A stretch of DNA of 53,482 bases from a virus. Taxonomy: Duplodnaviria > Caudoviricetes. The position numbers and the translations under genes are program-made. This document shows positions 31,733 through 41,408 of this stretch, in pieces; position 1 is the stretch's first letter, and each line of letters begins with the position of its first letter. Below the pieces are notes generated by a model. The model saw nothing but the letters and a program-made list of their open reading frames with translations, was not told where the DNA came from and did no database searches. Location: the IMG/VR virus record IMGVR_UViG_3300022918_000002, positions 1-53,482 of that record; one strand, 5' to 3'.

Positions 31733-32009
31733 GTGGTTTTATTTTGTTGAAAAAGCAATATATTTTTAAAACCCTTTATTCTACTGGTGTTTTAAGGCAA
31801 ATTATTTTTAGTAGCAACCATAGCGCAAAACCCCTTTTGGTAGTTTGAATAAATCCATCCTGCTGATTTATCAATTTTCAATGCCTCGCCAAAAGTCATG
31901 TCTTTTATAATTACCGTTTCGCCTTTAGTAGCTACTACGGTAATTATTGTTTCAAGTGGTAAAGTGTGGTAATCTTTTGGTTGAGGCTTTTTAGGTGCTG
32001 CCATTTATT

Positions 32010-32456
32010 CTATAGCTTTTTACCCGAATGTAATTTACTTAACTGATATTGTTTAGATAATTCTGAATTATTTTCTAATTCTAAATTATGAAATAAACAA
32101 CAGGCTTTAAAAAACCTAACATCGATTATTAAAGGGATATTGTTCTCACGCGCCCAATCATCAAAATAACCTTTACGCCCACGAGTGTGTTCAATAGTAT
32201 CAGCTTTTTTATTGCACCCCTCTATAAAGCAAAATTGATTATCAGGATGTCCTAAAAACTCAATTCTCAACACGGTGTACTTTGCGTTTAGTATAGACTG
32301 CTTCTTAGATACCTTATTAATCGATTTAAACGGCTTTAGCGGCTTTTCTTTCTTGTCTGAATGCATACACTCACTTGTACAGTAACGGTCTGTTGTACGC
32401 GATAATTTAAACTCTTTGCCGCATACATTACATGGTTTATGTGTTTTCTGTTTCAT
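32010..32456 (-). CDS. NinG/HNH-like zinc-binding protein
   Basis: CNVC...YCTSEC zinc finger; CFIEGC...IEHTRGR...CCLFHN HNH-like core. Confidence 0.6.
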   Translation of the reverse strand: MKQKTHKPCNVCGKEFKLSRTTDRYCTSECMHSDKKEKPLKPFKSINKVSKKQSILNAKYTVLRIEFLGHPDNQFCFIEGCNKKADTIEHTRGRKGYFDDWARENNIPLIIDVRFFKACCLFHNLELENNSELSKQYQLSKLHSGKKL

Positions 32457-33777
32457 GGTAAAATAATTAAGGGGCTGTTACGCCCCTGTTTTTGTATTTA
32501 GTCCTTAAGCCATTCGTTAGGGTCAACTTCTCTTTCCTCGCCAATCTTTAAATCCGAATTTTCTTTAAAAAGGTCTTGCTGCTTTTTGTTTTTGCCTTTT
32601 TTACGGTCTTGCTCTGCCTGTTCTTCAATTGTCAACTGTTTGCGCTTGCCTTGGTAAATAAAACCGTAAGCAGCCGCGTTACAATCTTCATACAGTTTTT
32701 CAAGTGTTTTCTCAATGCCTGTTTTTTCTGAATCAAAACGAACTACAGGATGCGCAAACTTACTAACACCAAAATCTGTCCTGTAAGAGCCTTTGATTTT
32801 AACACCTCTGTTTTCCTCATCTCCGAATAACGCAACAGCCTGGATATTCGTAATTGCTTCGTCAGCTTCTTTAACACCCTGCAAAGCGTTTGCTAATTTA
32901 TCTAAGTCATCCTTAACAGCTTCACGGGCGAAGCTCCATCCATTTTGCAAGCCCATTATAATTGCCGCGTATGGCTTAAATGCTGCAAGTGAATTGGGTA
33001 TTTCAGGCGCGGGTACTTCGGGGCTTTCACACGTCCATCCACCACCACGGCTTTGGCGTTCTCTGTAATGTATTACAAGCTTTTGCCCTTTCTCATTATA
33101 GCTAAGTCCTGTTAATTCAAAGTCTTCGTAATTAAGGCTTCGTTTGGGCGGTTTTGTTGTACTCATATTTATTCTTGTTTAATTATTTCTTCTATTGCAT
33201 ACCATTGTTCAGGAGTAAGTTTTGGGTTGTTGTAGGATGAGAATAACTCTGATATATAGGCTTTAGTTTTGTTTAACTTGTCCATTTATATTATTTCCTC
33301 TTTTGTCAAATAAAGCTGTCTGTTACATTGGCTATACTCTTTGCTATTGTATTGTAATGTAATTAAATTAAAGGGTACGTTATTTACGTAAAAGTAAGTT
33401 CTTCCTACTCTATCAACAGCCCGTTCATATATGTTGCCTTTTGTTTTTTCAAACAATATTTGCCCTATTTTTATATCTGCCATAATTTAAAGTTTAAAAT
33501 TATCTTTAACATCGAAGTGATAATATATGTTTTCAAAATCCCTTTGCGTGTAGTTTACGCTTTCAATTATGCCAAACTCAATATAATTATCTTCTATTTG
33601 TTTTGCCTCCGAAAGTAAAATATACTTTTGGTACTCGTCGTAACTTTCGATGTATTCGGCTGAACTAAATACAACTTCCCTTTTGCCTACAATTACTAAA
33701 TAATAATATTCAGGTTCTGTTTCGTTGTCTGAATGCTTGTAGGCTTCGTGTAGTAACATTTCGTCGTGGTTCATGGC

Positions 33778-34887
33778 TTAACCCTTTATGTGGTGAATAA
33801 CCTTATCCAATAACTGATTTACGTCAGAATACATTTTTTTGTTTTTATTGGATTTAAATACATATTTAGTTTTTAAACTCTCTAAATCTGAAAGCAAATC
33901 TTTTACTTTTGCAGCATCGCCTTTGCTTAATTCTTTCTCAATAGCGGCTTTTTCTTCTTCTAAAGATTTCTGTTCAGCTTCTTTTTTATCGCTTAACTCC
34001 TTTTCAGCGGCAATACGCTTTCTTTCGTTTTCCTCAAATTCTTTGCGTTCAGCTTCTTTCCTATCAGCTTCATCTTTCCTTTGTTGTATCTCGTAAGCCC
34101 AATGGTCTTCAGCTCCTTTTTTAATATCTGAAAGTTCATTTTGATAATCAATTTCCTGCTTTTCAATAAGCGCATTGTAGTCTCTTATGAAAACTATATA
34201 AGGCTGTAATTCCTTACTTCTATTTGACCTTATTATGGCTTTTTGTTCGTTTTCTTTCATTAAACGTTCATTTTCTGCCTGTATTCTTTGACGTTCTTCG
34301 TCATCGGCTTTTTGTTTTGCAATTCGCGCTTCTTCTTGTGCTTTTTCGGCTTCTATACGTGCCGCTTCTGCTTGTTCTTTAGCTATTTTATTAGCTTCAA
34401 ATGCCGCTTTTGCGCTTTGTAATTGCCCATTAAATTGTTCTTCTGACATTTCAGATAACGGCAGGAATGAAGTGTCAAATTCATAAGGTAAAAAAGCAGC
34501 TTCACGTTCTTTTTTTAATGATGCTTTTCTTTCGGCTTCAATACGTTCTTCGTGTCGTTCTATTTCACTGAGTTTTTCCTCCATTTGTTCAATTGGAGTA
34601 GTGAGTTTGTTTTTTAATGCATCAACAAATTTACCTGATGCTAAAAAGAATGCTTTTTCTGATTTGTGAACATCAGCTATGCCTGTTCTAACCTTAACAA
34701 GTTTTAGGCGTAATTCTCGCGCGGCTTTAAATCCATCTTTGTTTAATTCCATCGCCACAACATCTGCGTATTGCTGCGTAAATGCCGTTAACTCAATTTT
34801 CTTTGGTTCGAAAGATTTTTCAATACTTAAAGCTTTTGTTTCTTCAATTCCATACTCTTTTGGGTCAATAATGCTTAATTTTTCCAT
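33778..34887 (-). CDS. Coiled-coil protein
   Basis: Likely start MEKLS at 34887, since the track start lies inside the terminator; E/K/A-rich heptads. Confidence 0.7.
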   Translation of the reverse strand: MEKLSIIDPKEYGIEETKALSIEKSFEPKKIELTAFTQQYADVVAMELNKDGFKAARELRLKLVKVRTGIADVHKSEKAFFLASGKFVDALKNKLTTPIEQMEEKLSEIERHEERIEAERKASLKKEREAAFLPYEFDTSFLPLSEMSEEQFNGQLQSAKAAFEANKIAKEQAEAARIEAEKAQEEARIAKQKADDEERQRIQAENERLMKENEQKAIIRSNRSKELQPYIVFIRDYNALIEKQEIDYQNELSDIKKGAEDHWAYEIQQRKDEADRKEAERKEFEENERKRIAAEKELSDKKEAEQKSLEEEKAAIEKELSKGDAAKVKDLLSDLESLKTKYVFKSNKNKKMYSDVNQLLDKVIHHIKG

Positions 34888-34906
34888 TGTGATAATTTTA
34901 AAATAC

Positions 34907-35009
34907 AAAAAACCCATACTATCCGAATGCTTCTCACTTCATTCTTCAAATACGGGTTTTGTTACTTTTTACGTTGCTATAGTGTGAGAAGGCAACAGAT
35001 ACAAATATA
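34907..35009 (-). ncRNA. Kissing-loop/terminator leader, copy A
   Basis: Promoter TATATTTG 35009-35002; hairpin GTTGC/GCAAC with loop CTTCTCAC; terminator apical loop GTGAGAAG (8-nt complement), then a U-run. Confidence 0.7.
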
Positions 35010-35049
35010 TAAAAGTTTTCCAATTCAATACTAAAAAATCTAAAATAAT

Positions 35050-35565
35050 TTAATTTTGTATTTTACCAATTAACCTATCCTCAATCCAATACCAATCGTT
35101 TAATACTTTAATACGCCCGAAAATAACTAAACACAAAGCATCAGCATTATACAATGTAACCTTTATTTCGGTATAGTTTTCCTGCGCTAAAGCTTTATAC
35201 CTATTTTTCCTTATCTGCTTGCTTTCGCCTTTAATACGCTTAATTAACGCTGTTTGCCAAGTAGCAGGATGAACTTCACAATAAGGCAATCTGTTCGTCT
35301 CTAATAATGTTTTTAGCATAGTATAACCTTTCATCATAGTTGCTATTGCAAACTTCTTACCTGGCGCATCGTCGGCTGCTCCTGCAAAGTGACTTACCTT
35401 TTCTAAAAATACCAATGGATTTTCAAAGTTATCTTTTATGTAAGCAAACTTATCATTTAAATCAATCGAGGCTTTTGGTATTTTAAAGGCTTCAATATTT
35501 TCATTGTCGTAAATCGCAATCCCACCGCTTGCGCCTGGATCTATTCCTATTATTGTGTATTTCAT
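35050..35565 (-). CDS. RuvC-like Holliday junction resolvase
   Basis: IIGIDPGASGGIA, VFLE, VHPATWQ, ADALCL acidic motifs. Confidence 0.85.
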   Translation of the reverse strand: MKYTIIGIDPGASGGIAIYDNENIEAFKIPKASIDLNDKFAYIKDNFENPLVFLEKVSHFAGAADDAPGKKFAIATMMKGYTMLKTLLETNRLPYCEVHPATWQTALIKRIKGESKQIRKNRYKALAQENYTEIKVTLYNADALCLVIFGRIKVLNDWYWIEDRLIGKIQN

Positions 35566-35858
35566 TTCTGCATTATTGTTTCAATCTTTAAATCCATTGC
35601 AAGCCGTAACTCTATTTTAGCACCCCTGCTATTTTTCCAGTTGTTTAACATGTAAATGTAATCGCAGTCTATTAAAGCTTTTAAATCTACTTTCATGTAG
35701 TCATCCCAACTTTCAAAATTACCATGTTCTAAATCTAAAGGGCTTATAGGCTCATATCCTAATTCTATAACTTCCTTTTTTGCCTTTTCAAAGTTATTAA
35801 TGTATTCTTCCCTTTCTAAGCCGCTTATTTGTCCGGCAATGTAGCATTTATGTTTCAT
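35562..35858 (-). CDS. DUF4406-like (nucleoside deoxyribosyltransferase fold) protein
   Basis: YIAGQISG...F...ISP...W..YM...L..CD.IYML..W..SRGAKIE. Confidence 0.85.
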   Translation of the reverse strand: MKHKCYIAGQISGLEREEYINNFEKAKKEVIELGYEPISPLDLEHGNFESWDDYMKVDLKALIDCDYIYMLNNWKNSRGAKIELRLAMDLKIETIMQK

Positions 35859-35860
35859 GA

Positions 35861-36505
35861 TTAAAATATAGTTAATTGTTGTTGATGTTGTTTAAGGCGT
35901 TTTAAAGCGCTTTCATAATAATCTTTATCCAATTCACACGCGGTCAATTCAAAGCCTAAATTATGGCATGCAATAGCAATACTGCCGCTTCCTAAATGCG
36001 TATCTAATATCTTGTCTCCATTTTCAGCGTAATTCATAAGCAACCACTCGTAAAGTTTTACCGGTTTTTGTGTGGGATGGATTCTAACCTCTTTATCTTT
36101 CATATTTCCTTGTAGCATCCCATTCCACATAAAAGTAAATTTATCTACTATAACACCAAATGAATGACTGGCCAATTCACATTTTGAAAATGTACTACTT
36201 TCATTTTGCTTATCCCAAACTATCCTTCCGACATTAGGTATATATTTAGCGTAATAATTGCACCCCCAAATTATTTGATGCTTGCTTACCCTGAATAATT
36301 CATTAAAATAAACCTCATTAGGGACTTCCCAATTTTGTATTTTTTTAGTTTGTCTTCTTACTCCAGATGTGGATATATCATTACCTGTGTAATTGGCTTT
36401 ACCATAATCTTCGAAGTAAGGTGGGTCTGCAATTGCTAAATCGAAATACTTATCTGGATAACGAGCCATTAAATCCATGTTATCCTCGTTTGTTATTTGT
36501 ATCAT
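35861..36505 (-). CDS. DNA amino-methyltransferase (N6A/N4C, beta class), copy 1
   Basis: DPPY catalytic motif first, then HPTQKP and ILDTHLGSGS SAM-binding motif. Confidence 0.93.
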   Translation of the reverse strand: MIQITNEDNMDLMARYPDKYFDLAIADPPYFEDYGKANYTGNDISTSGVRRQTKKIQNWEVPNEVYFNELFRVSKHQIIWGCNYYAKYIPNVGRIVWDKQNESSTFSKCELASHSFGVIVDKFTFMWNGMLQGNMKDKEVRIHPTQKPVKLYEWLLMNYAENGDKILDTHLGSGSIAIACHNLGFELTACELDKDYYESALKRLKQHQQQLTIF

Positions 36506-36509
36506 TTTT

Positions 36510-37412
36510 TTAAGGTTTTGTAAATACTTCTACAGTAGTTGTTTTTTTTACGGGTTTATCTTCTTTTACCGGCTCATAATCTTGCATTACATAAGGTAAT
36601 CTTTCATCGTTTACATTTAATCCAAAGGTTTTAAATTTCTTTCCGCGTGAACGTTGGCATATGACTTCTGAATAATCTCCCATATCTTTTACTATAAGCA
36701 CGGTTTCGCACTTCTGCTGCAATATTGTGCCCAAATGCCCCCTTGCTTTGTCGCTTCCTGGATTTAAGTGTAATACTCCAGTTATGTGGCAATTTGACAA
36801 AGTATTATATTTCATTAACTTTTGTGTAAAAGCTACGCATTCAGTTAAAGAATTAAAATCATTAAGGAAATCAACGTAACCATCAAGTGACACAATGCCT
36901 AATTTATCTTTATAAGGACTTTTAGTAAATAGCCAATCTAAATATGCCATTCGTTCCGATGCACTGTATTCACGTAATTTCACTGCAATGTAATAACTAT
37001 GTATTCCTCCTACTGCCCGCCTTATACGGTCTGCTGTATTCCAACTGTCGTGTTCATCCTGTTCGGTGTCAATATCAATAATGTACTTACCGGCTAAATC
37101 ATGACCTCTTATATCAGGTGCGTATAAATTTGCAGTACCTCCAATTGCACACGCTAAAATCAAACTCTTTGCCCATGTCTTACGGCTTTTCTCCTCCCCT
37201 TTAATCATTGATATGTTTCCAAAAGTTCCAAATCTTAAAGGGTATTGTATTCCGTTGTAAAACCTGTCATCTAATCCTATTGAAATAGCTAATGGTGGCC
37301 TTTTGGGTTTTGTGTTTAAATCAACTGTGCTTTTTTTATGTACATCAGCATAATCTAATTCTTTAGGATCATCTTTTAATGCTAAATCCGGTGTTATTTT
37401 TTGTATTGCCAT
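36510..37412 (-). CDS. RecA-fold P-loop ATPase, putative replicative helicase
   Basis: Walker A variant GEEKSRKT, IDTEQ, Walker B IVSLDG, VLHLN...KARGHLG. Confidence 0.75.
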   Translation of the reverse strand: MAIQKITPDLALKDDPKELDYADVHKKSTVDLNTKPKRPPLAISIGLDDRFYNGIQYPLRFGTFGNISMIKGEEKSRKTWAKSLILACAIGGTANLYAPDIRGHDLAGKYIIDIDTEQDEHDSWNTADRIRRAVGGIHSYYIAVKLREYSASERMAYLDWLFTKSPYKDKLGIVSLDGYVDFLNDFNSLTECVAFTQKLMKYNTLSNCHITGVLHLNPGSDKARGHLGTILQQKCETVLIVKDMGDYSEVICQRSRGKKFKTFGLNVNDERLPYVMQDYEPVKEDKPVKKTTTVEVFTKP

Positions 37413-37414
37413 AA

Positions 37415-38056
37415 TTAAAACATTGTTAATTGCTGTTGATGAATTTTAATGCGTTTACAAGCGGCATCGAAATAATCTTTGTCTAACTCACATGCAGTTA
37501 AATCAAACCCTAAATTATGGCACGCTATAGCTATTGATCCACTACCCAAATGCGTATCTAAAATTAGCTGATTAGGTTTGGCGTAATTCATGAGCAACCA
37601 TTCGTAAAGCTTAACAGGCTTTTGTGTTGGGTGTATTCTTTCCTTATACAATCCATCTTTTGCATTAGCTCCAACCCATCCAACCTTAAATGATCTTAAT
37701 GCACCTCCTTTAGAACTAAAAGCTAATTCTCCATCAGAAAAATCGTTTTCTCCTGTCCCCTTGTCCCAATATATCCAAGATGATATTGGAGGTAAAAACG
37801 GAGTCATGTGATTTGCTCCCCAAACAATCTGGTTTTTTGAAACCCTAAATAATTCATTAAAATAATTATTGTCAGGAGTTTTTAAGTCCCAATCAGAATT
37901 GCCTCTATTTATTTTTTTCTTTCCATTTCCTAAGGTCATTTTATTAGCCCCAATCCCATACGGAGGGTCTACTATAGCTAAGTCGAAATATTTATCAGGA
38001 TAACGAGCCATCAAAGCCATGTTATCTTCATTAGTAATTTTAATTTTATCTACCAT
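37415..38056 (-). CDS. DNA amino-methyltransferase (N6A/N4C, beta class), copy 2
   Basis: DPPY, HPTQKP and ILDTHLGSGS; likely start MVDKI at 38056. Confidence 0.93.
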   Translation of the reverse strand: MVDKIKITNEDNMALMARYPDKYFDLAIVDPPYGIGANKMTLGNGKKKINRGNSDWDLKTPDNNYFNELFRVSKNQIVWGANHMTPFLPPISSWIYWDKGTGENDFSDGELAFSSKGGALRSFKVGWVGANAKDGLYKERIHPTQKPVKLYEWLLMNYAKPNQLILDTHLGSGSIAIACHNLGFDLTACELDKDYFDAACKRIKIHQQQLTMF

Positions 38057-38057
38057 T

Positions 38058-38654
38058 TTAAATTTCATTATCTGTTAATGTTTTACATCCTTTATCCTCG
38101 TAATCTGCATAATGTTCACAGCAATGTAAATCATGCTCTTTATTTTCATATCTAACTAATAATTCAGATAAAAAGTTATTAAGTTTTTCCGTTATAGCTT
38201 CATTGCTAAACATATCTTCTTTCATGAATTTAGCAAAGCTGTCAGTAATTACAGGGTCTTTTGCCTTATCGCTATTTTCTTTGTAAACCTCCCTAAGTGT
38301 TTCTATACTTTGGGGCTTAACGGTATCTTTAAACTCGTAGTGATTAAAAAAATCATTAAGCCTAAACATATCCATATTTAATTTAAAACGCTCGTAATGC
38401 CCTTTTAAAGGCTCTTTAAGTATATTTTGTATTTCCTTTTCTGCCGTAATGTTTGAGCCTTCATAATGCAGTAAAAGCTGATTATAAACATACATAGTCA
38501 TTTTACAAAAATGGTGGTTACGCGCTAATCTTTCCTCTTTCACAAAATTTATCCAGTCTACAACTTCGTTAAAAGCATTAGCATCGGTTTGGTTAGGTTT
38601 GTTGCCTTTTGCTATTGTGTATGCAAGCCGGTTCATTGATTTTTCTATATTCAT
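38058..38654 (-). CDS. Hypothetical protein
   Basis: 198 aa ORF in the replication operon. Confidence 0.6.
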   Translation of the reverse strand: MNIEKSMNRLAYTIAKGNKPNQTDANAFNEVVDWINFVKEERLARNHHFCKMTMYVYNQLLLHYEGSNITAEKEIQNILKEPLKGHYERFKLNMDMFRLNDFFNHYEFKDTVKPQSIETLREVYKENSDKAKDPVITDSFAKFMKEDMFSNEAITEKLNNFLSELLVRYENKEHDLHCCEHYADYEDKGCKTLTDNEI

Positions 38655-39385
38655 AGATTTGATTCTTTTTTATTTTCATAAGCTTCTATTGATTTAAATA
38701 TTGAATATGGTATTATAGGGCATACGGCGTTTCCTAAAGCGTGTAAAGCCAATTGTGTGGAAAACCCATAATTTGATTCACACAATGGGGGCAAGGTTTT
38801 CCGTTGAATAGCATTGATAACCCTATTTGTTTCCCATTCTCTACTCGCCTGGTAATTGCAGGTGTTTTGTATAATGTTCCTCGATCCCTGTTGTCCGATG
38901 CCATTGGGGTAGGCAATAACGTAAAGCCGCTCTCTTTCATGAGGTAATCCAAACGCTTCTGCCGTGAAACATTCCCATTCTGCATTGTACCCGATTTCGG
39001 AAAGGTCAAATAAGACTTTTTCAAATCCTTTTTTAAGGAGGTTTGGGCTATTTTCAATAACGACCCATTCAGGTCTAATTTCGTAAATAGCACGGTCGTA
39101 ATGTTCCCATAATCCGCTTCGTTCTCCCACAATTCCAACTGACTTAAAATTTGCTGCTGAAATATCTTGGCATGGGAATCCTCCTGTAATAATTTTAACT
39201 TTACCATTGTATTCTTTAAAATCAGTTGTTTTTATATCTCCATACTGTTTGCATTCAGGAAAATGTTTTTTTGTTATTGAATTGCAATAATCGCTTATTT
39301 CAACGCTTGCTACATTTTTCCAACCTAATTCGTGTGCTGCTATCTGAAAGCCGCCAATACCGTTAAATAAAGCGTAGTGCTTCAT
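38651..39385 (-). CDS. C5-cytosine DNA methyltransferase, large (alpha) polypeptide
   Basis: Motif I LFNGIGG, IV GGFPCQ, VI ENS, VIII HERER, X LGNAV; no motif IX in this frame. Confidence 0.92.
   Translation of the reverse strand: MKHYALFNGIGGFQIAAHELGWKNVASVEISDYCNSITKKHFPECKQYGDIKTTDFKEYNGKVKIITGGFPCQDISAANFKSVGIVGERSGLWEHYDRAIYEIRPEWVVIENSPNLLKKGFEKVLFDLSEIGYNAEWECFTAEAFGLPHERERLYVIAYPNGIGQQGSRNIIQNTCNYQASREWETNRVINAIQRKTLPPLCESNYGFSTQLALHALGNAVCPIIPYSIFKSIEAYENKKESNL
38734..39207 (-). CDS. Nested alternative-frame beta polypeptide of the C5 methyltransferase (true start probably an internal Met)
   Basis: Same strand, different frame; LLPTPMASD and C-terminal VNQIMGFPHNW match motif IX. 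Confidence 0.7.
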   Translation of the reverse strand: MVKLKLLQEDSHAKIFQQQILSQLELWENEADYGNITTVLFTKLDLNGSLLKIAQTSLKKDLKKSYLTFPKSGTMQNGNVSRQKRLDYLMKESGFTLLPTPMASDNRDRGTLYKTPAITRRVENGKQIGLSMLFNGKPCPHCVNQIMGFPHNWLYTL

Positions 39386-39389
39386 AATT

Positions 39390-40154
39390 CTAAGTTTTAG
39401 ATGCCAATATCCTTGTTATGTTTTTTCGTAGGTTTGAAAGGCTTAAAACCGTTTTCTTCCAAAACAAATCATCATCGTTATTTAAGTAATCATAAGCAGC
39501 AACTAAGTTTTCAATACTTACACCATCGTTTTCTACCATAAGCCGTATTTCTGTAACGTAGCTTTTGTAAACTGCCTTTTCCTGGTGGTTAGTTGGTAGC
39601 TGTTTTTCTTTTAGATTTTTAATAAATACTTTTCTAAACTTATCAGCCATTACAAAGTACATTAATTCCTTTTCTGTAACTTCAATTTCGGTGTCTTTGT
39701 ATTTTAAATTATTACCTGAAATTGAAATATCGGACATCTTTATTTTTAATAAAGATATATATGGTTTATTATCTGGTATAGGTTGGCGATTTCTGTCTGT
39801 TCCATTTGCTAATTCTCGCTCCTCCATTTGCGGTTTTTCGCTAATGGTTGATTCTATTGGGATAGAGTACCATTTTGTACGGTCATAACCCTTTTTATTA
39901 TGGCTGCTAACTAATATTAATTTAGCCTTATGTAAATTTATTAAACAGGTCTTTATTTGGCTTTCAGTAAGCCATGTAAATTGCTCTGTAAAGGCTTTTA
40001 TACTATTAAAAGTCCAGTACTGCCCATCATGGAAATTAACCTTATTAGATCGATTAAAATCAACCCAATAATCAATGTTAGATAATATAATAGCGGCATC
40101 AGTTCCAACTAACTTAGCTATTTCAGGCTCGAATGTCATTTTAACTTTACTCAT
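39390..40154 (-). CDS. Replication initiator-like protein (N-terminal winged helix)
   Basis: AKLVGTDAAIIL..I.YW...DGQYWTFNS...F.W...YDRTKWY pattern of phage replication initiators. Confidence 0.75.
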   Translation of the reverse strand: MSKVKMTFEPEIAKLVGTDAAIILSNIDYWVDFNRSNKVNFHDGQYWTFNSIKAFTEQFTWLTESQIKTCLINLHKAKLILVSSHNKKGYDRTKWYSIPIESTISEKPQMEERELANGTDRNRQPIPDNKPYISLLKIKMSDISISGNNLKYKDTEIEVTEKELMYFVMADKFRKVFIKNLKEKQLPTNHQEKAVYKSYVTEIRLMVENDGVSIENLVAAYDYLNNDDDLFWKKTVLSLSNLRKNITRILASKT

Positions 40155-40161
40155 GATGCAG

Positions 40162-40764
40162 TTAATCTAAACCAAAATATAATTCCATGCTTAAATCTTC
40201 TGTATCGGCTTGTTTAAGAGCATCAATAAGCTTTCCTTTAGACTCTTTACACAAACCATATCCGTAAGAACGATAACGGTATGACCTTTCGAAAGTAGAT
40301 ACAGGAAATATCAACCCATCATCAATAACAAGCTTTTTATTTGTGAGGTCTTCAAAGAACGTATTAACAAAAATATTGTAATAAGTGATACCCTCTTTTT
40401 CGGAACGCTTTGCATAAGCATATTTGGTAATTGAAAAATCAAACCTTGATATAATTTCAACAGGTGTTCCATAAGTATGCCTTATAAGTTCGACCCTAAT
40501 GTTTGTAGTTTTATTTTTATAGCATTTTACATTCCTGTTTTCATAAGAAAAAAAATAATTATCATCCTTTTCAAAAACATTAATCGCTTCTATTAAATCT
40601 TTTTCAGATTGAAAAAACACATCAATATCTTTAATCTTTTGATTATTAAAAATGTTTTTGAAACATCCACCGGCAATAAAACCTTTATGCCCCTCCATGT
40701 AGTAATCCAAGAATCTTACTTTGTTAAATGATTCTTTTGGTCGTTCAATAAATTTAGTTTCCAT
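40162..40764 (-). CDS. Nucleotidyltransferase-fold protein (CCA-adding/poly(A) polymerase head-like)
   Basis: FIAGGCF...KDIDVF (GG..DxD), VELI, FDFSI. Confidence 0.65.
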   Translation of the reverse strand: METKFIERPKESFNKVRFLDYYMEGHKGFIAGGCFKNIFNNQKIKDIDVFFQSEKDLIEAINVFEKDDNYFFSYENRNVKCYKNKTTNIRVELIRHTYGTPVEIISRFDFSITKYAYAKRSEKEGITYYNIFVNTFFEDLTNKKLVIDDGLIFPVSTFERSYRYRSYGYGLCKESKGKLIDALKQADTEDLSMELYFGLD

Positions 40765-40768
40765 AAAT

Positions 40769-40884
40769 AAAAAACAAAAGCCGAAAACGTCAAGGGATCC
40801 ACTCCTATCGGTTTACGGCTTGTTTAGGTTAAAGTGCAACCTATAATGTCTTAATGTAGGTGGATCTTCTACGAGACAAATATA
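40769..40884 (-). ncRNA. Kissing-loop/terminator leader, copy B
   Basis: Promoter TATATTTG 40884-40877; hairpin GTAG/CTAC with loop GATCCAC; extra hairpin TAGGTT/AACCTA; terminator AAGCCG/CGGCTT with apical GTGGATC, then a U-rich tail. Confidence 0.7.
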
Positions 40885-40901
40885 CAAATATTATTTAATT
40901 G

Positions 40902-41408
40902 CTAAAACGCTTTACCATTTTCTTTAATACGATTTTCAATTTTGTGGTCAGCACGATTAGCATTGTACTCTAACTTTTCCATTACAGCCCCGCCAATATC
41001 ATAACCCCAACGACCACAATAATCCATAATTCTAATTACTGCATCAGCCATTTCTACTTCTGCCATTGGTCGGTTAGGCAAATGGTCATCCATAAGGTTT
41101 TTGCGTTCTCCCTCCATAGCTTCTGATAATTCGCTATGAATTAAACATATCATTTCGGCTTTGTTACGCTCTTTTAATTCTCCTGTTATAATATTTGTGT
41201 GCCAACCAGCTAATAGTGAATCGTTGTAGCAAATATCACGCATATCGTTTATTTCTTTCGATTTTATAAGATTGTCAATATATTTCTTTGCTATTGAAAG
41301 CTTATCAAACTTTTTATTTTCATCTTCTAAATCACTGTAAATTTTAAATTGTTCTACGTCTGTTAAGAAAATTATTTCAAAACCTTTATAGTCTTCTATT
41401 TTTGCCAT
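40902..41408 (-). CDS. MazG-like nucleotide pyrophosphohydrolase
   Basis: LIHSELSEAMEGERK...EVEMADAVIRIMD (ExxE...ExxD). Confidence 0.8.
   Translation of the reverse strand: MAKIEDYKGFEIIFLTDVEQFKIYSDLEDENKKFDKLSIAKKYIDNLIKSKEINDMRDICYNDSLLAGWHTNIITGELKERNKAEMICLIHSELSEAMEGERKNLMDDHLPNRPMAEVEMADAVIRIMDYCGRWGYDIGGAVMEKLEYNANRADHKIENRIKENGKAF

Larger units (their letters stand above)
22589..33774 (-). other. Array of roughly 35 small, tightly packed hypothetical early/accessory ORFs
   Basis: Co-oriented 60-390 aa ORFs in the track plus several unlisted 40-60 aa ORFs with A-rich start regions; mostly no recognisable motif. Confidence 0.8.
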
